Positions 18,238-27,461 of a DNA stretch of 61,058 nucleotides are shown here, one piece after another. The DNA is from Candidatus Anderseniibacteriota bacterium. GTDB taxonomy: Bacteria; Patescibacteriota; Andersenbacteria; UBA10190. Where the stretch lies: positions 1 through 61,058 of the forward strand of contig JBPOIM010000020.1 in assembly GCA_052034485.1 (NCBI GenBank). The letters run 5' to 3'. The first letter of the stretch is position 1. Every line of letters starts with the position of its first letter. Under the pieces are notes generated by a model, which was not told where the DNA came from, made no database searches, and saw only the letters and a program-made list of their open reading frames with translations. The position numbers and the translations under genes were made by a program.

Positions 18238-19002
18238 TTATTTTTTCGCTATAGCCAGAATGTTTTTTCGAAATATCTTCGTTTCAGTTCGACCGTAAAA
18301 ACGAAAAATAACATAGAATATCGCATCCAAAATACCTGCAACAAACCGCGAAACTCCATTCACAATTGGATTCTTTGTAACGTAAATATCTGGCCCAATT
18401 ACATGCACCTTTGAGTACTTTGCCATAAACAGTGCTTGTCGAAGACTATTTTCATTAAAACCATTTTGGTGAGTAATGTCCAAATATCGACTGTCATTTC
18501 CAAGCAATGGGTTGCCCATGTTTGGCACTTTAATGAGCACCACTCCCCCTGGCTTTAGAGCATCTCGCATTGCCTCTAACATTGCCCACATTTCTGGCTT
18601 CGTCTGGTGCTCAAGCACATCGTTTAACACAAGCGCATCTGCGGAGTTTTGGTTCTGTTTTAACCACGTAACTATCTCTTCTTCTACAACCGGGAACTTA
18701 TGTTCTTTGCAAAATTCAATTACTTCATGACCAACGTCTACTCCAAGAATATTGTTGTACCCAGCACGCTTAAGGAAGAACAGTACGTGCCCCAAGCCAG
18801 TACCAAGATCTACAATCCTCGCGTTTTTATCTTTTGGTAAATAAGGAAGATAGTTCTTCCGGAAGTATCGCTCCTGAAATAAAAAATTCTCATCATCCTG
18901 GCGACCAGCTCTGCCAAAATGAGTAGAAAGGTAATGCGCGTATGCTTCTCTTACATCCATAAATTGCAGTATGCACAAAGAAGAATTACTTGTCGAGCCC
19001 AT
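18238..19002 (-). CDS. class I SAM-dependent methyltransferase
   Basis: 254 aa. IVDLGTGLGHVLFFL, GVDVG, ADALVLNDVLEH and KPGGVVLIKVPN. Hydrophobic C-terminal segment VSRFVAGILDAIFYVIFRFY. An alternative ATG exists at 18960. Confidence 0.8.
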   Translation of the reverse strand: MGSTSNSSLCILQFMDVREAYAHYLSTHFGRAGRQDDENFLFQERYFRKNYLPYLPKDKNARIVDLGTGLGHVLFFLKRAGYNNILGVDVGHEVIEFCKEHKFPVVEEEIVTWLKQNQNSADALVLNDVLEHQTKPEMWAMLEAMRDALKPGGVVLIKVPNMGNPLLGNDSRYLDITHQNGFNENSLRQALFMAKYSKVHVIGPDIYVTKNPIVNGVSRFVAGILDAIFYVIFRFYGRTETKIFRKNILAIAKK

Positions 19003-19010
19003 GCTATACT
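19002..19010 (+). promoter_or_regulatory. extended -10 TGcTATACT at -15..-7 of ATG 19017
   Basis: aTGCTATACTcattttATG. No SD. Confidence 0.5.
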
Positions 19011-19016
19011 CATTTT

Positions 19017-20462
19017 ATGAATCAGAAATACATCCCCTGGCTATATGCCCTTCTTGTGTTAGCGATATTTGCCCCTCGAGTAATTTCTCTTGATGCATTT
19101 ACATCCCCAGACGAACCTCAATGGGAGCGTAATACACAAAATTTTGCAAAAGCGTTAGAAAATTTTGATTTAAAAAACTTGTACCAGCAACCTCACCCAG
19201 GAATTACCACTCAATGGCTTGCGGCCGCTACAATCAACGACACAACATGGGGACAAAAACGAATGCCGCTTGCAGTATTTCTTAGTGTAGCTGTTTTATA
19301 TATTGCATACATCATAAAAAAAGAATGGGGAGATACCCCAGCGCTTATTGCCGGTTTTCTCCTTGCCTTAAACCCGCTACTAATTGCGCATTCCAGAGTC
19401 CTTGCTATGGATGCTCTCCTAGGAGTGTTTTGTATCGCGACGGTATTGCATCATATTGTATGGATTGAACACAAAAAACAAAAAGATATTATATTAGCAG
19501 GAGTATTTTCGGCATTGGCAATGCTTTCCAAGCTTTCGGCCTTTGGACTCATCATATACATCCTTCTCGGGAGCATCATTGCCTTCACGAGCAAAAAACT
19601 AACGTGGAAGGATTTACTGAATGGAGCGTGGATATACGCCGCTTCAATCATCGTAGCTTCAGTTATTGCGTTTCCGACACTTTTAACTAATTTCCCATAC
19701 GTCTTAGAAGGTAGCTCGCAATTTTTCCATACAGAGCATTTTCAGCAAAAAGTGCATGCGCTTGGGCCATGGTGGTATCCGCAAGCATTTTTACTTTGGA
19801 CAACCCCTCTTCAGCTACTTGGGATTCTGCTTATCCCCCTTGCAGTAGCAAAGCACTCCAAACACCGCCTGCCTATTCTTATGGCATTTCTATTTTGCAT
19901 TATATTCTTTCTAGAAATCCAATATTCCATTAAAAAGGGAGACCGCTACATGCTCCCCGTATTTATAGGTTTTGATATAATAACGGCCTTTGTATTTACT
20001 TTACAGTCTAAAAAATATGCAAAAATTGCATTGGCAGCATGCGCAGTAGGCATTATATGGCAAGGATATCAGGTATGGGACCTCCACCCATACGAACTTG
20101 CATACCGCAATCCGTTCTTTGCTTCTATTGCAAAGGGTCGCACCATGGGCTGGGGAGAGGGCCTAGATGTAGCGGCAGATTATCTTAATCAAAAAGAGCA
20201 CCCCGAAAACCTCCTTGTGGCGTCATACTATGAAAGCTCTTTCGCATATCACTTTAAAGGCAAATTTACCTCAGCAGAACGCCTCGGAAAAGAAACGGCC
20301 GAAGAAATAGGGGCAGATTATGTTGTGCTATACAGAACCATGGAAGGGCGAGCCGAAAACCGCTGGGAAACAAAAGTACTTGCTGCATACAAGGACAAAA
20401 CTCCAGAAAAAGTTATCACACTAAATAACGAAGAATACGTCTGGATATACAAAGTGAAATAG
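19017..20462 (+). CDS. GT-C glycosyltransferase, PMT/ArnT-like (WGEGL paralog family)
   Basis: The ORF-track start 18990 is a TTG; the first ATG is 19017, 6 nt downstream of TGcTATACT. APRVISLDAFTSPDEPQW, HPGITTQW, KKGDRYMLP and GWGEGLDVAADYL. Confidence 0.75.
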   Translation: MNQKYIPWLYALLVLAIFAPRVISLDAFTSPDEPQWERNTQNFAKALENFDLKNLYQQPHPGITTQWLAAATINDTTWGQKRMPLAVFLSVAVLYIAYIIKKEWGDTPALIAGFLLALNPLLIAHSRVLAMDALLGVFCIATVLHHIVWIEHKKQKDIILAGVFSALAMLSKLSAFGLIIYILLGSIIAFTSKKLTWKDLLNGAWIYAASIIVASVIAFPTLLTNFPYVLEGSSQFFHTEHFQQKVHALGPWWYPQAFLLWTTPLQLLGILLIPLAVAKHSKHRLPILMAFLFCIIFFLEIQYSIKKGDRYMLPVFIGFDIITAFVFTLQSKKYAKIALAACAVGIIWQGYQVWDLHPYELAYRNPFFASIAKGRTMGWGEGLDVAADYLNQKEHPENLLVASYYESSFAYHFKGKFTSAERLGKETAEEIGADYVVLYRTMEGRAENRWETKVLAAYKDKTPEKVITLNNEEYVWIYKVK

Positions 20463-20464
20463 TT

Positions 20465-22009
20465 CTATTTTCTCTTATAGATTACGATATCTCGAGAAGC
20501 TGGGTTTGGTATTGTTGCAATAGGACTAAAGTCCTCTTTTAAAACATTGCGAAGATCGGCCGTGGCTTCTGTGCCAGCGTTGAAATACACATCATTCGTG
20601 CGCCAATCAACAACAATCCAATTAACATCCCTCTGGACAAGTCCGGCAACCGTATCAAAATCCGGAAGAAATACTTTTCGAATTTCTGATGGCAAATATC
20701 CCGCCCTCTCCGAAAGGTACCATCCAGGATGCGTATACCCGCCATACAATGGAAGATACGATAAGTATGCGTAGGCTGGCTGAGCAGTAAATATAGCTTC
20801 TTTTGGCACAACATTTTCTTTCAAAATCTGCGCCACCTTAAGAGCAGCCTGCACCTCTACCGTGCCCCTATACTGAGCAATGGGTATGCGCTGGTATGTT
20901 GTTACCAAATCTATAGCAAAGAGAATTGCAAAAATACCAAAAATAACCACTTTCCCCTTTATTTTATTAGCCATACTACCAACAGAGCTAATAAAAAGAG
21001 CTGCTGCTAATGCGAGTGCCGGAGTTGATTCGAGAGGGTAAAATGGCGTAGGGCTCCTCCCCCATCCCTTATAAAAAACAATAAAGCTGCCAACCCAAAC
21101 ACAGACAACAAGCACAACGCTTTTGGGCCAGGCATTTTTTCGAATTGCACTATAAGCAACAAGCACTGGCAAAAGAAGTGCGGGTATTAAAATACTTAAT
21201 CCATCCAACCGGAGCGGAAGTGCCGCATTGTACAACCCATCAAAAAACGAAACCGGAGCGGAATTTGAATATACTTGTCGTTGCTTATTTGCTATTAAAG
21301 TAGCGTCAGCATTAAAGAAAAAGGCTGTTTTTGGCCAACCATACAGAGGATACACAACACTAAGTGTTACAAGAATCAACACGACTCCAGATATACAAAA
21401 TCTTGCAAGCGCCTTCCATCGATCGGCACGCATAAGAATAAGCAGAAGGAGCGTTGGCGCAAAAGCTACTGCACTGGCACGCATAAGCAACGCTGCCCAC
21501 AATAATGCTGCCGCAACAGGAATATAAACTATTTGCTTGCGTAAAAACAGGAAGGCAAGAAGGACGCAACAAAGCTCAAGCGGAATATGGGTAATATTTG
21601 ACGTAAGACTTACAACAACTCCAGATACCCCCCATAGGAGCGCAGCTATCATTGAGGCACGCTTCGATAAAGAAAACGATCGTGCCAAGTGCCAAATAAT
21701 AAAAATAGAAGCAATATGCGCAAATGAGGCAAAAAGACGCGTAACAAGTATCGATCGCCCAAACACTTGTTGCCAACCATGAAAGATAACCAACCAAAGA
21801 GGCCCCTTTGTACCACCAAATTCTCGAAATGGTAAAAAGTGAGGAGAAATTTGGGCAGCATCCTGCATATAGGCACTCTCATCTTCAATAATATTTAGTC
21901 GAGGAATCAAATAAAGATGAAGGCAGAACGAGATAAAGGCTATTCCCAATAGAGCCTGATACTCCCTTTTATGAAGAAAAGACGTAAGAAAGGTTATAAT
22001 TTTTTTCAT
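20465..22009 (-). CDS. GT-C glycosyltransferase-like polytopic membrane protein
   Basis: The ORF track extends to 22090; ATG 22009 (MKKIITFL...) avoids overlap with the divergent gene and sits 6 nt downstream of TGgTACGAT. IPRLNIIEDESAYMQDAAQISPHFLPFREF. C-terminal AIFTAQPAYAYLSYLPLYGGYTHPGWY is shared with ORF 27462..29840. Confidence 0.7.
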   Translation of the reverse strand: MKKIITFLTSFLHKREYQALLGIAFISFCLHLYLIPRLNIIEDESAYMQDAAQISPHFLPFREFGGTKGPLWLVIFHGWQQVFGRSILVTRLFASFAHIASIFIIWHLARSFSLSKRASMIAALLWGVSGVVVSLTSNITHIPLELCCVLLAFLFLRKQIVYIPVAAALLWAALLMRASAVAFAPTLLLLILMRADRWKALARFCISGVVLILVTLSVVYPLYGWPKTAFFFNADATLIANKQRQVYSNSAPVSFFDGLYNAALPLRLDGLSILIPALLLPVLVAYSAIRKNAWPKSVVLVVCVWVGSFIVFYKGWGRSPTPFYPLESTPALALAAALFISSVGSMANKIKGKVVIFGIFAILFAIDLVTTYQRIPIAQYRGTVEVQAALKVAQILKENVVPKEAIFTAQPAYAYLSYLPLYGGYTHPGWYLSERAGYLPSEIRKVFLPDFDTVAGLVQRDVNWIVVDWRTNDVYFNAGTEATADLRNVLKEDFSPIATIPNPASRDIVIYKRK

Positions 22010-22015
22010 GTTTTC

Positions 22016-22024
22016 ATCGTACCA
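22016..22024 (-). promoter_or_regulatory. extended -10 TGgTACGAT at -15..-7 of ATG 22009 (minus strand)
   Basis: Reverse complement reads TGGTACGATgaaaacATG. Confidence 0.45.
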
Positions 22025-22030
22025 CAAGCA

Positions 22031-22039
22031 TGATATGCT
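22031..22039 (+). promoter_or_regulatory. extended -10 TGaTATGCT at -15..-7 of ATG 22046
   Basis: caTGATATGCTgtgcccATG. Back-to-back with the minus-strand element at 22016-22024. Confidence 0.45.
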
Positions 22040-22045
22040 GTGCCC

Positions 22046-22753
22046 ATGTATGAGAAGATCAAACAGCAATGGAACAAATCTTCGGACCACCTCTCTGGAT
22101 CAGATGCCTTTTGGGAAAGAAGTGCGCTCGGTCTATCCCTTCTCGTAGACTTCAAGAAAGTTTTGACTAAAGAGAACATTCATGGCAAATTGCTCGACGC
22201 TGGTGCCGGCAAGCTTTCGTATAGACACCTCGTACGCCCCCTCTGCACCGAATACAAAAGCATGGATTTCCAAAAGACCCACCCAGAACTCGATTACCAA
22301 TCAGATATTCAAGACATGCCCCTTGAGAACGAATCTTTTGACACCGTGCTATCTGCGGAAGTATTAGAGCACGTACCCGACCCAGAGAAAGCTCTACGAG
22401 AAATATATCGAGTTTTAAAACCAGGAGGAAAGCTAGTTATGTCCATTCCTCACCTTATGTATCTCCATAATGAGCCATACGATTTTTATCGATATACCCA
22501 ATATGGATTGCGAACCCTACTGGAGCGCGTCGGCTTTACTGTTGAATACTTGAAACCATCTGGAAGCATCTTCTCTTTTCTACAAGGAATTATTGCAACA
22601 ACTTTTATAGGGCTAACATACAATATTCCAATCATTTGGGAGATTACTTTTCTTCTGAGCAAAAATACCAGCAAGATCGCCATCTGGCTAGACAATCACA
22701 CCGACAAAAAGAAGATTTTTGCGCTCCACTTTATTGCCGTTGCTCGCAAATAG
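22046..22753 (+). CDS. class I SAM-dependent methyltransferase
   Basis: The ORF-track start 22040 is a GTG; ATG at 22046. LLDAGAGKLSY, FDTVLSAEVLEHV and KPGGKLVMSIPH. Hydrophobic C-terminal segments IFSFLQGIIATTFIGLTY and IPIIWEITFLL. Confidence 0.8.
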   Translation: MYEKIKQQWNKSSDHLSGSDAFWERSALGLSLLVDFKKVLTKENIHGKLLDAGAGKLSYRHLVRPLCTEYKSMDFQKTHPELDYQSDIQDMPLENESFDTVLSAEVLEHVPDPEKALREIYRVLKPGGKLVMSIPHLMYLHNEPYDFYRYTQYGLRTLLERVGFTVEYLKPSGSIFSFLQGIIATTFIGLTYNIPIIWEITFLLSKNTSKIAIWLDNHTDKKKIFALHFIAVARK

Positions 22754-22762
22754 TACGCGCAT

Positions 22763-24355
22763 ATGAAATTGCTTGGCCTCCTCTCCAAAGAATATAAGCT
22801 CGACATCATTCTCATTGTAATCCTTGCGATACTGGCCCTTGCCGTAAGAATCCCAATAGCAGCAGAAAGAAAAATCATGCCCGCAGGCGATGCATTCAAT
22901 TTTCAGCATATCGCTAGCGCTATCCAGTACGGAAAGTACCCAATAAAAGAAAAACGACTCCCGAGCTACCCAGTATTTATTCTCATGGGAAGATCCATAG
23001 GGCTCGACCCCATCAGAACAAGCATTGGAATAAGCATTGTTGCATCGACTGGAACAATTCTCGCGCTTTACGGCCTGGGAAGAGTTTTTGGATTTAACCG
23101 AGCTGTCCTTGTTGGAGTTCTAGGTCTTGCTATTTTTGATGAACTCCTCGTAATTAACGGGATACGACCATTGGCAGACGGTTTATTTGTATTTTTTGTA
23201 GCAACAACATTCTACATGACCGCTCTTTTTCTTCGATACCCAGAATACGCATCGCCTCGCCTCAAGCTACTCTACAGCATTGTTATTACCTTTCTTATGT
23301 TTACTCGCTACGAAGGATTTCTTATTGCCGGACTCACAGCGCCTTTTCTTTTTATAAAACTCCCCTGGAAAGAAGTGGGGAAAATGGCACTCATTCCCAC
23401 AATCGCAATTATTCTTTGGATTCCTGCCTATAAGTCAATCCATGGATCCGTAGCAGGTCTTTCGTACATCACAGACGCAACAAGTTCAGATGGTGGGTTT
23501 GGAGAACTCAGCTTACTTCCAGACAATCTTAACAGACTACTCAATGGTGCGGGCTGGAGAGTTGCATGGAGCTACCCACAAGAGGTATTTGAAAAAGGAT
23601 TTTCAATAGATGCGACATACGAATTAATATCATCTCCTTTTTGGTGGATGGGAGTTCTATCAATTATTGGTCTATTGTACATACTCGCTATCGGCAGGTC
23701 TGCCGGACTCACAATTATTCTAGCTGGAATAGGGTACGCACTCCTCCTTTCCTGGTGGTGGGTATATAGCAGGTACGTAGCACCGTTATCAATATTATTT
23801 TACTTCGGAGCCGCTGGTGGATTAACTCTGGTAACACAAACAATCCAACTTCTATTGGAAAAATTTTCCAAAAAAGTGGCTGCAATAAGCTTTCTCGCAC
23901 CCCTCGTTCTTGTTCCAATACTTCTTACGGAAATCCCAACTATGCACAACCGAGCAATGGGGCGCGCATGGGAGTCCAACAGAAAAGGATATTCATTATA
24001 TGAAGCAATGGTTGCTACTGCGAAAAAAAGTGGCCCTATAGTATACCCAACGGAAGAACACGCAAATGCGACATTATTTTTTGGACAAATTGATAAACCA
24101 CGCTCCGCAGCAAATCCGGCAAAAGGAATGTATTTATCACGATTCCCAAAAGCAACACCAAACGAACTATTTGAAATACTTGCAGTCGAAAAACCGAGAT
24201 TCTTCATTGAAACAGATTACGACGAGAGGATTCCGAACCTTTTATTCCTCATGAAGAAACATAAGATTATTACAAAAGACAATGTATACCAAGAAACCCT
24301 ATGGGACACCCTTGATACAGAAACAACCCATGTATATGAACTCAATTGGCCCTAA
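22763..24355 (+). CDS. large polytopic membrane protein, GT-C-like
   Basis: 530 aa. TM1 then PAGDAFNFQHIASAIQYGKYPIKEKRLPSYP, paralogous to SGGDAYNYLFITKAI...KRLPGYP of ORF 40640..42889. Soluble C-terminal ~130 aa. Confidence 0.55.
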   Translation: MKLLGLLSKEYKLDIILIVILAILALAVRIPIAAERKIMPAGDAFNFQHIASAIQYGKYPIKEKRLPSYPVFILMGRSIGLDPIRTSIGISIVASTGTILALYGLGRVFGFNRAVLVGVLGLAIFDELLVINGIRPLADGLFVFFVATTFYMTALFLRYPEYASPRLKLLYSIVITFLMFTRYEGFLIAGLTAPFLFIKLPWKEVGKMALIPTIAIILWIPAYKSIHGSVAGLSYITDATSSDGGFGELSLLPDNLNRLLNGAGWRVAWSYPQEVFEKGFSIDATYELISSPFWWMGVLSIIGLLYILAIGRSAGLTIILAGIGYALLLSWWWVYSRYVAPLSILFYFGAAGGLTLVTQTIQLLLEKFSKKVAAISFLAPLVLVPILLTEIPTMHNRAMGRAWESNRKGYSLYEAMVATAKKSGPIVYPTEEHANATLFFGQIDKPRSAANPAKGMYLSRFPKATPNELFEILAVEKPRFFIETDYDERIPNLLFLMKKHKIITKDNVYQETLWDTLDTETTHVYELNWP

Positions 24356-25334
24356 AAATATTCTCGTAACTGGTGCGGCGGGTTTTGTTGGAAGCTATTT
24401 AATTGCGGAACTTTCCAGACAATACCCAAAAGCAAAAATTCACGGCACATTGCGCCCAAAAGAATCTACCGACAACCTAAAAGACATAGAAGCAACCTAC
24501 GAACTCCATGAGCTAGACATAACGGACGCCCCTTCCGTGTATTCCCTCATAGAGGCAATACATCCCGACAGTATCTTTCATCTTGCTGCCCAAAGCTATG
24601 TGAGAACATCTTGGGAATCTCCCCAAGCGACTATTACAACAAACATCTTGGGAGAAGCTAATCTTCTTGAAGCGGTTCGCCTGCTAAAAACAAAAAGGTA
24701 CAACCCGCCAATTGTCCTTGTGTGCTCTTCGGAAGAATACGGGATGGTTCCAAAGAAAAGCATACCGATTACAGAAGAAGCCCCACTATCCCCTCTCTCC
24801 CCTTATGCTGTGTCCAAAATAGGTCAGGACTTCTTAGGCTTTCAGTATTTTAAAACATATGGGCTCAATACGATCCGACTTAGGGTGTTTAACCACACTG
24901 GCCCAAAGCGCCCTACAGCTTTTGGAGATAGTCACGTTGCCCATGAAATAGCCCTCATAGAAGCGGGTTTACGAGATGCCATTATTACGTATCGAGACTT
25001 AACAGCTATTCGAGATTATTCAGACGTACGAGACATCGTGAAGGCGTACGTGGCTGCGGCAAAATATTGCAAACCAGGAGACGTATATAATGTATGCTCA
25101 GGCAAAGGAACTTCTATAAAACAAATCTACGAAACGCTTATATCCCTTTCTAATACAAAGAAAAAAATTCGCCTCAAAGCAGACCCCAGTGGCCCACGAC
25201 CAACAGACGGCGGAGTTATTATTGGAAGCAATAAAAAATTCACAAAGCGAACATCGTGGAATCCGGAAATAGATTTCTTAAAACAAACATTACCGGATAT
25301 CCTTGAATATTGGAGAAACCAAATAGCACTATGA
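24336..25334 (+). CDS. extended SDR of the GDP-mannose 4,6-dehydratase / GDP-4-keto-6-deoxymannose reductase (GMD/Rmd) type
   Basis: ILVTGAAGFVGSYL, CSSEEYG, SPYAVSK (YxxxK) and VFNHTGPKRP. The ORF track starts at 24282, inside the upstream gene; ATGs at 24330 and 24336 give a normal N-terminus. The stop overlaps the next start (ATGA at 25331-25334). Confidence 0.7.
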   Translation: MNSIGPKNILVTGAAGFVGSYLIAELSRQYPKAKIHGTLRPKESTDNLKDIEATYELHELDITDAPSVYSLIEAIHPDSIFHLAAQSYVRTSWESPQATITTNILGEANLLEAVRLLKTKRYNPPIVLVCSSEEYGMVPKKSIPITEEAPLSPLSPYAVSKIGQDFLGFQYFKTYGLNTIRLRVFNHTGPKRPTAFGDSHVAHEIALIEAGLRDAIITYRDLTAIRDYSDVRDIVKAYVAAAKYCKPGDVYNVCSGKGTSIKQIYETLISLSNTKKKIRLKADPSGPRPTDGGVIIGSNKKFTKRTSWNPEIDFLKQTLPDILEYWRNQIAL

Positions 25335-27454
25335 AGCTTTCAATACTCGTCCCCGTATATAACGATAAAGACTATATTCAGCAGACCATAAATCAGATTA
25401 AGGCTGTTACATTTCCTGTTCCCTACGAAATTATTGCTGTGGACGATGCCTCTACGGATGGAAGTAAAGAAATACTAGAGTCAATCTCCGGAATTACGAA
25501 AATCTTTCATAAAAAAAATACGGGGAAAGGAGGCGCGATAGCAACTGGGTTGAAACATGTAACCGGTGACATTGTGGCTATTCAAGATGATGACTGCGAA
25601 TATGACCCCGCTGTTCTTCCGTCGTTAATCCAACCCATACTTAGGAATGAGGCCGATGTTGTATATGGATCTAGATTCCTCCAAAAAAACTCAATGTTTT
25701 TTATTCAAAAACTAGAAAATATCGCCATTACAACACTCGCAAACATATTAATTGGGCAAAAATTAACAGATATAGAAACTGGCCATAAGGTATTTACTCG
25801 CAATATCGCAAATAAAATCACCCTTATTAAAAAGGGATTTGAGTTTGATATGGAAATAACACTTCAATTCTTACGCAATAATGCAAAAATTAAAGAACTT
25901 CCAACAAAATATACTGCCAGAACACACGCTCAGGGTAAAAAAATCACATATAAAGATGGCATACGTTCCATATTTACCCTATTTCGCCTCGTGCCAGCGC
26001 AGCGTATTAAGGCACTTGCAATTTGGATAACATTTTTATGCATGGTTTTCATTCCTCGACTATGGGGGCTAGGCCACATCCTCACGATAGACGAACCACT
26101 CTGGTTATCTCGGGGCGCAACATTCATTAATGCTTTTTCTACAGGGAATTTCGCAAGAACCCTAGTTGCGGGTCAGCCCGGAGTTACAACTGCGTGGCTT
26201 TCTGGCCTATCGTCTCCATGGCACTCTCTTGCAGCAGGGCAAGCTTCCATAGGCATAGCAACGGGAATATTAATTCTTCTGAATACATATTTTTTGCGAC
26301 GCGTAATTGGCAACACTTGGGGGCTAGTAACTGGAATGCTTCTTGCGCTTGACCCGTTCCTCCTAGCGCATAGCAGAATTGTTCACACAGACGCACTTCT
26401 TGCATTGTTTTACTTAGCATCCATTACGGGAATTTTTGCGGCATTCGCAAAAAAGAATCCGATAAAGCGATATATCATAGCAAGCGGCGCACTTGGGGCT
26501 GGTGCGATCCTCACGAAAGTTTTTGGAATTCTTCTTATTCCAACGGTAATAGGCATCATCTTCTTCTATACTTGGAAGAAGCGCCTGGGGATTCAAACCG
26601 TAGTTCAATATACCGGTATTTGGCTTTCTACATTTGCACTGATTACTTTTCTTGCTTGGCCCGCACTTTGGGTTAGCGCAAACAATGTATATGAACTCTT
26701 ATTCTCTCGAGCATCTCTTCATGCAGGAGGAACAAGAACAGAAGAAACAACCGCTACAGATTGGTACTATGCAAGAGAAGCGCTGTTTAGACTATCCGTA
26801 CCCACTACAATCTTACTTCCATTCGGGTTATGGCAAATACTAAAAAATAGAAAGCAGTCGAAACAACACATCACTCTTCTTCTTGCTGGATTATTTTTCT
26901 TCGCCATATTAAGCACTGGTTCCGACAAAAGCGATCGCTATCTTTTATTCTTTCATCTAACGCTAATTTGTATAGCTCCGCTAGGTATGCAAAAAATTAT
27001 ACAAATATTACAACAAAAAAACCTTGGTCAGTGGGCACCACTTATAATCATTCTCCCAATCCTCTATCTCGCAGTAGACAACGTAAGACTGTATCCATAC
27101 TATCTTGCACACTACAACAGGCTATACCCCATTGAAAAAACCCATAAGCTTGGTTGGGGAGAGGGGCTTGAACAAGCTGGGCTTTGGATGAGCACGCACC
27201 ACCCAAAGGCAAAAGTTCTCTCCTATTACCCAAGAGTATTTAGCTACTTCTTTCCAGGGGACGTTGAAACAATTACCCATATCGATGACGCAAACGGAAA
27301 CTATGCAATTCTATACCGATCAATGTTTGAGCGAGGAGAGGACTCCGGAGAAACAGATATTTTGAATGAGTATCTAAACTCTTCAAAATACAAACCAGAA
27401 CACACGATCTACATCAATGGACTCCCGTACGCCTGGATTATTCCGCTTACGTAA
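25331..27454 (+). CDS. in-frame fusion: DPM1/GtrB-like GT2 (polyprenyl-phosphate sugar synthase type) + PMT/ArnT-like GT-C domain
   Basis: N-terminal ~220 aa: LSILVPVYNDKDY, IIAVDDASTDGS and IQDDDCEYDP. From about nt 26000 the protein is polytopic, with IPRLWGLGHILTIDEPLW (D-E at 26090-26095), QPGVTTAW, DKSDRYLL and GWGEGLEQAGLWM, as in stand-alone paralogs. One continuous frame. Confidence 0.8.
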   Translation: MKLSILVPVYNDKDYIQQTINQIKAVTFPVPYEIIAVDDASTDGSKEILESISGITKIFHKKNTGKGGAIATGLKHVTGDIVAIQDDDCEYDPAVLPSLIQPILRNEADVVYGSRFLQKNSMFFIQKLENIAITTLANILIGQKLTDIETGHKVFTRNIANKITLIKKGFEFDMEITLQFLRNNAKIKELPTKYTARTHAQGKKITYKDGIRSIFTLFRLVPAQRIKALAIWITFLCMVFIPRLWGLGHILTIDEPLWLSRGATFINAFSTGNFARTLVAGQPGVTTAWLSGLSSPWHSLAAGQASIGIATGILILLNTYFLRRVIGNTWGLVTGMLLALDPFLLAHSRIVHTDALLALFYLASITGIFAAFAKKNPIKRYIIASGALGAGAILTKVFGILLIPTVIGIIFFYTWKKRLGIQTVVQYTGIWLSTFALITFLAWPALWVSANNVYELLFSRASLHAGGTRTEETTATDWYYAREALFRLSVPTTILLPFGLWQILKNRKQSKQHITLLLAGLFFFAILSTGSDKSDRYLLFFHLTLICIAPLGMQKIIQILQQKNLGQWAPLIIILPILYLAVDNVRLYPYYLAHYNRLYPIEKTHKLGWGEGLEQAGLWMSTHHPKAKVLSYYPRVFSYFFPGDVETITHIDDANGNYAILYRSMFERGEDSGETDILNEYLNSSKYKPEHTIYINGLPYAWIIPLT

Positions 27455-27461
27455 AACCAGC

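Noticed and set aside
18990-19016. TTG/GTG starts proposed by the ORF track (18990, 22040, 32396, 46961, 13292)
   Set aside because: Each creates an overlap with a divergent or upstream gene. A downstream ATG gives a normal N-terminus, usually with the -12..-7 TAnnnT element. The GTG of mreB (45676) was kept because a strong SD precedes it.
25332-25334. Alternative genetic code (UGA recoding, as in some candidate-phyla bacteria)
   Set aside because: Genes end cleanly at TGA, TAA and TAG with conserved C-termini and coupled ATGA junctions (for example 25331-25334 and 10131-10134). Full-length family matches need no read-through.
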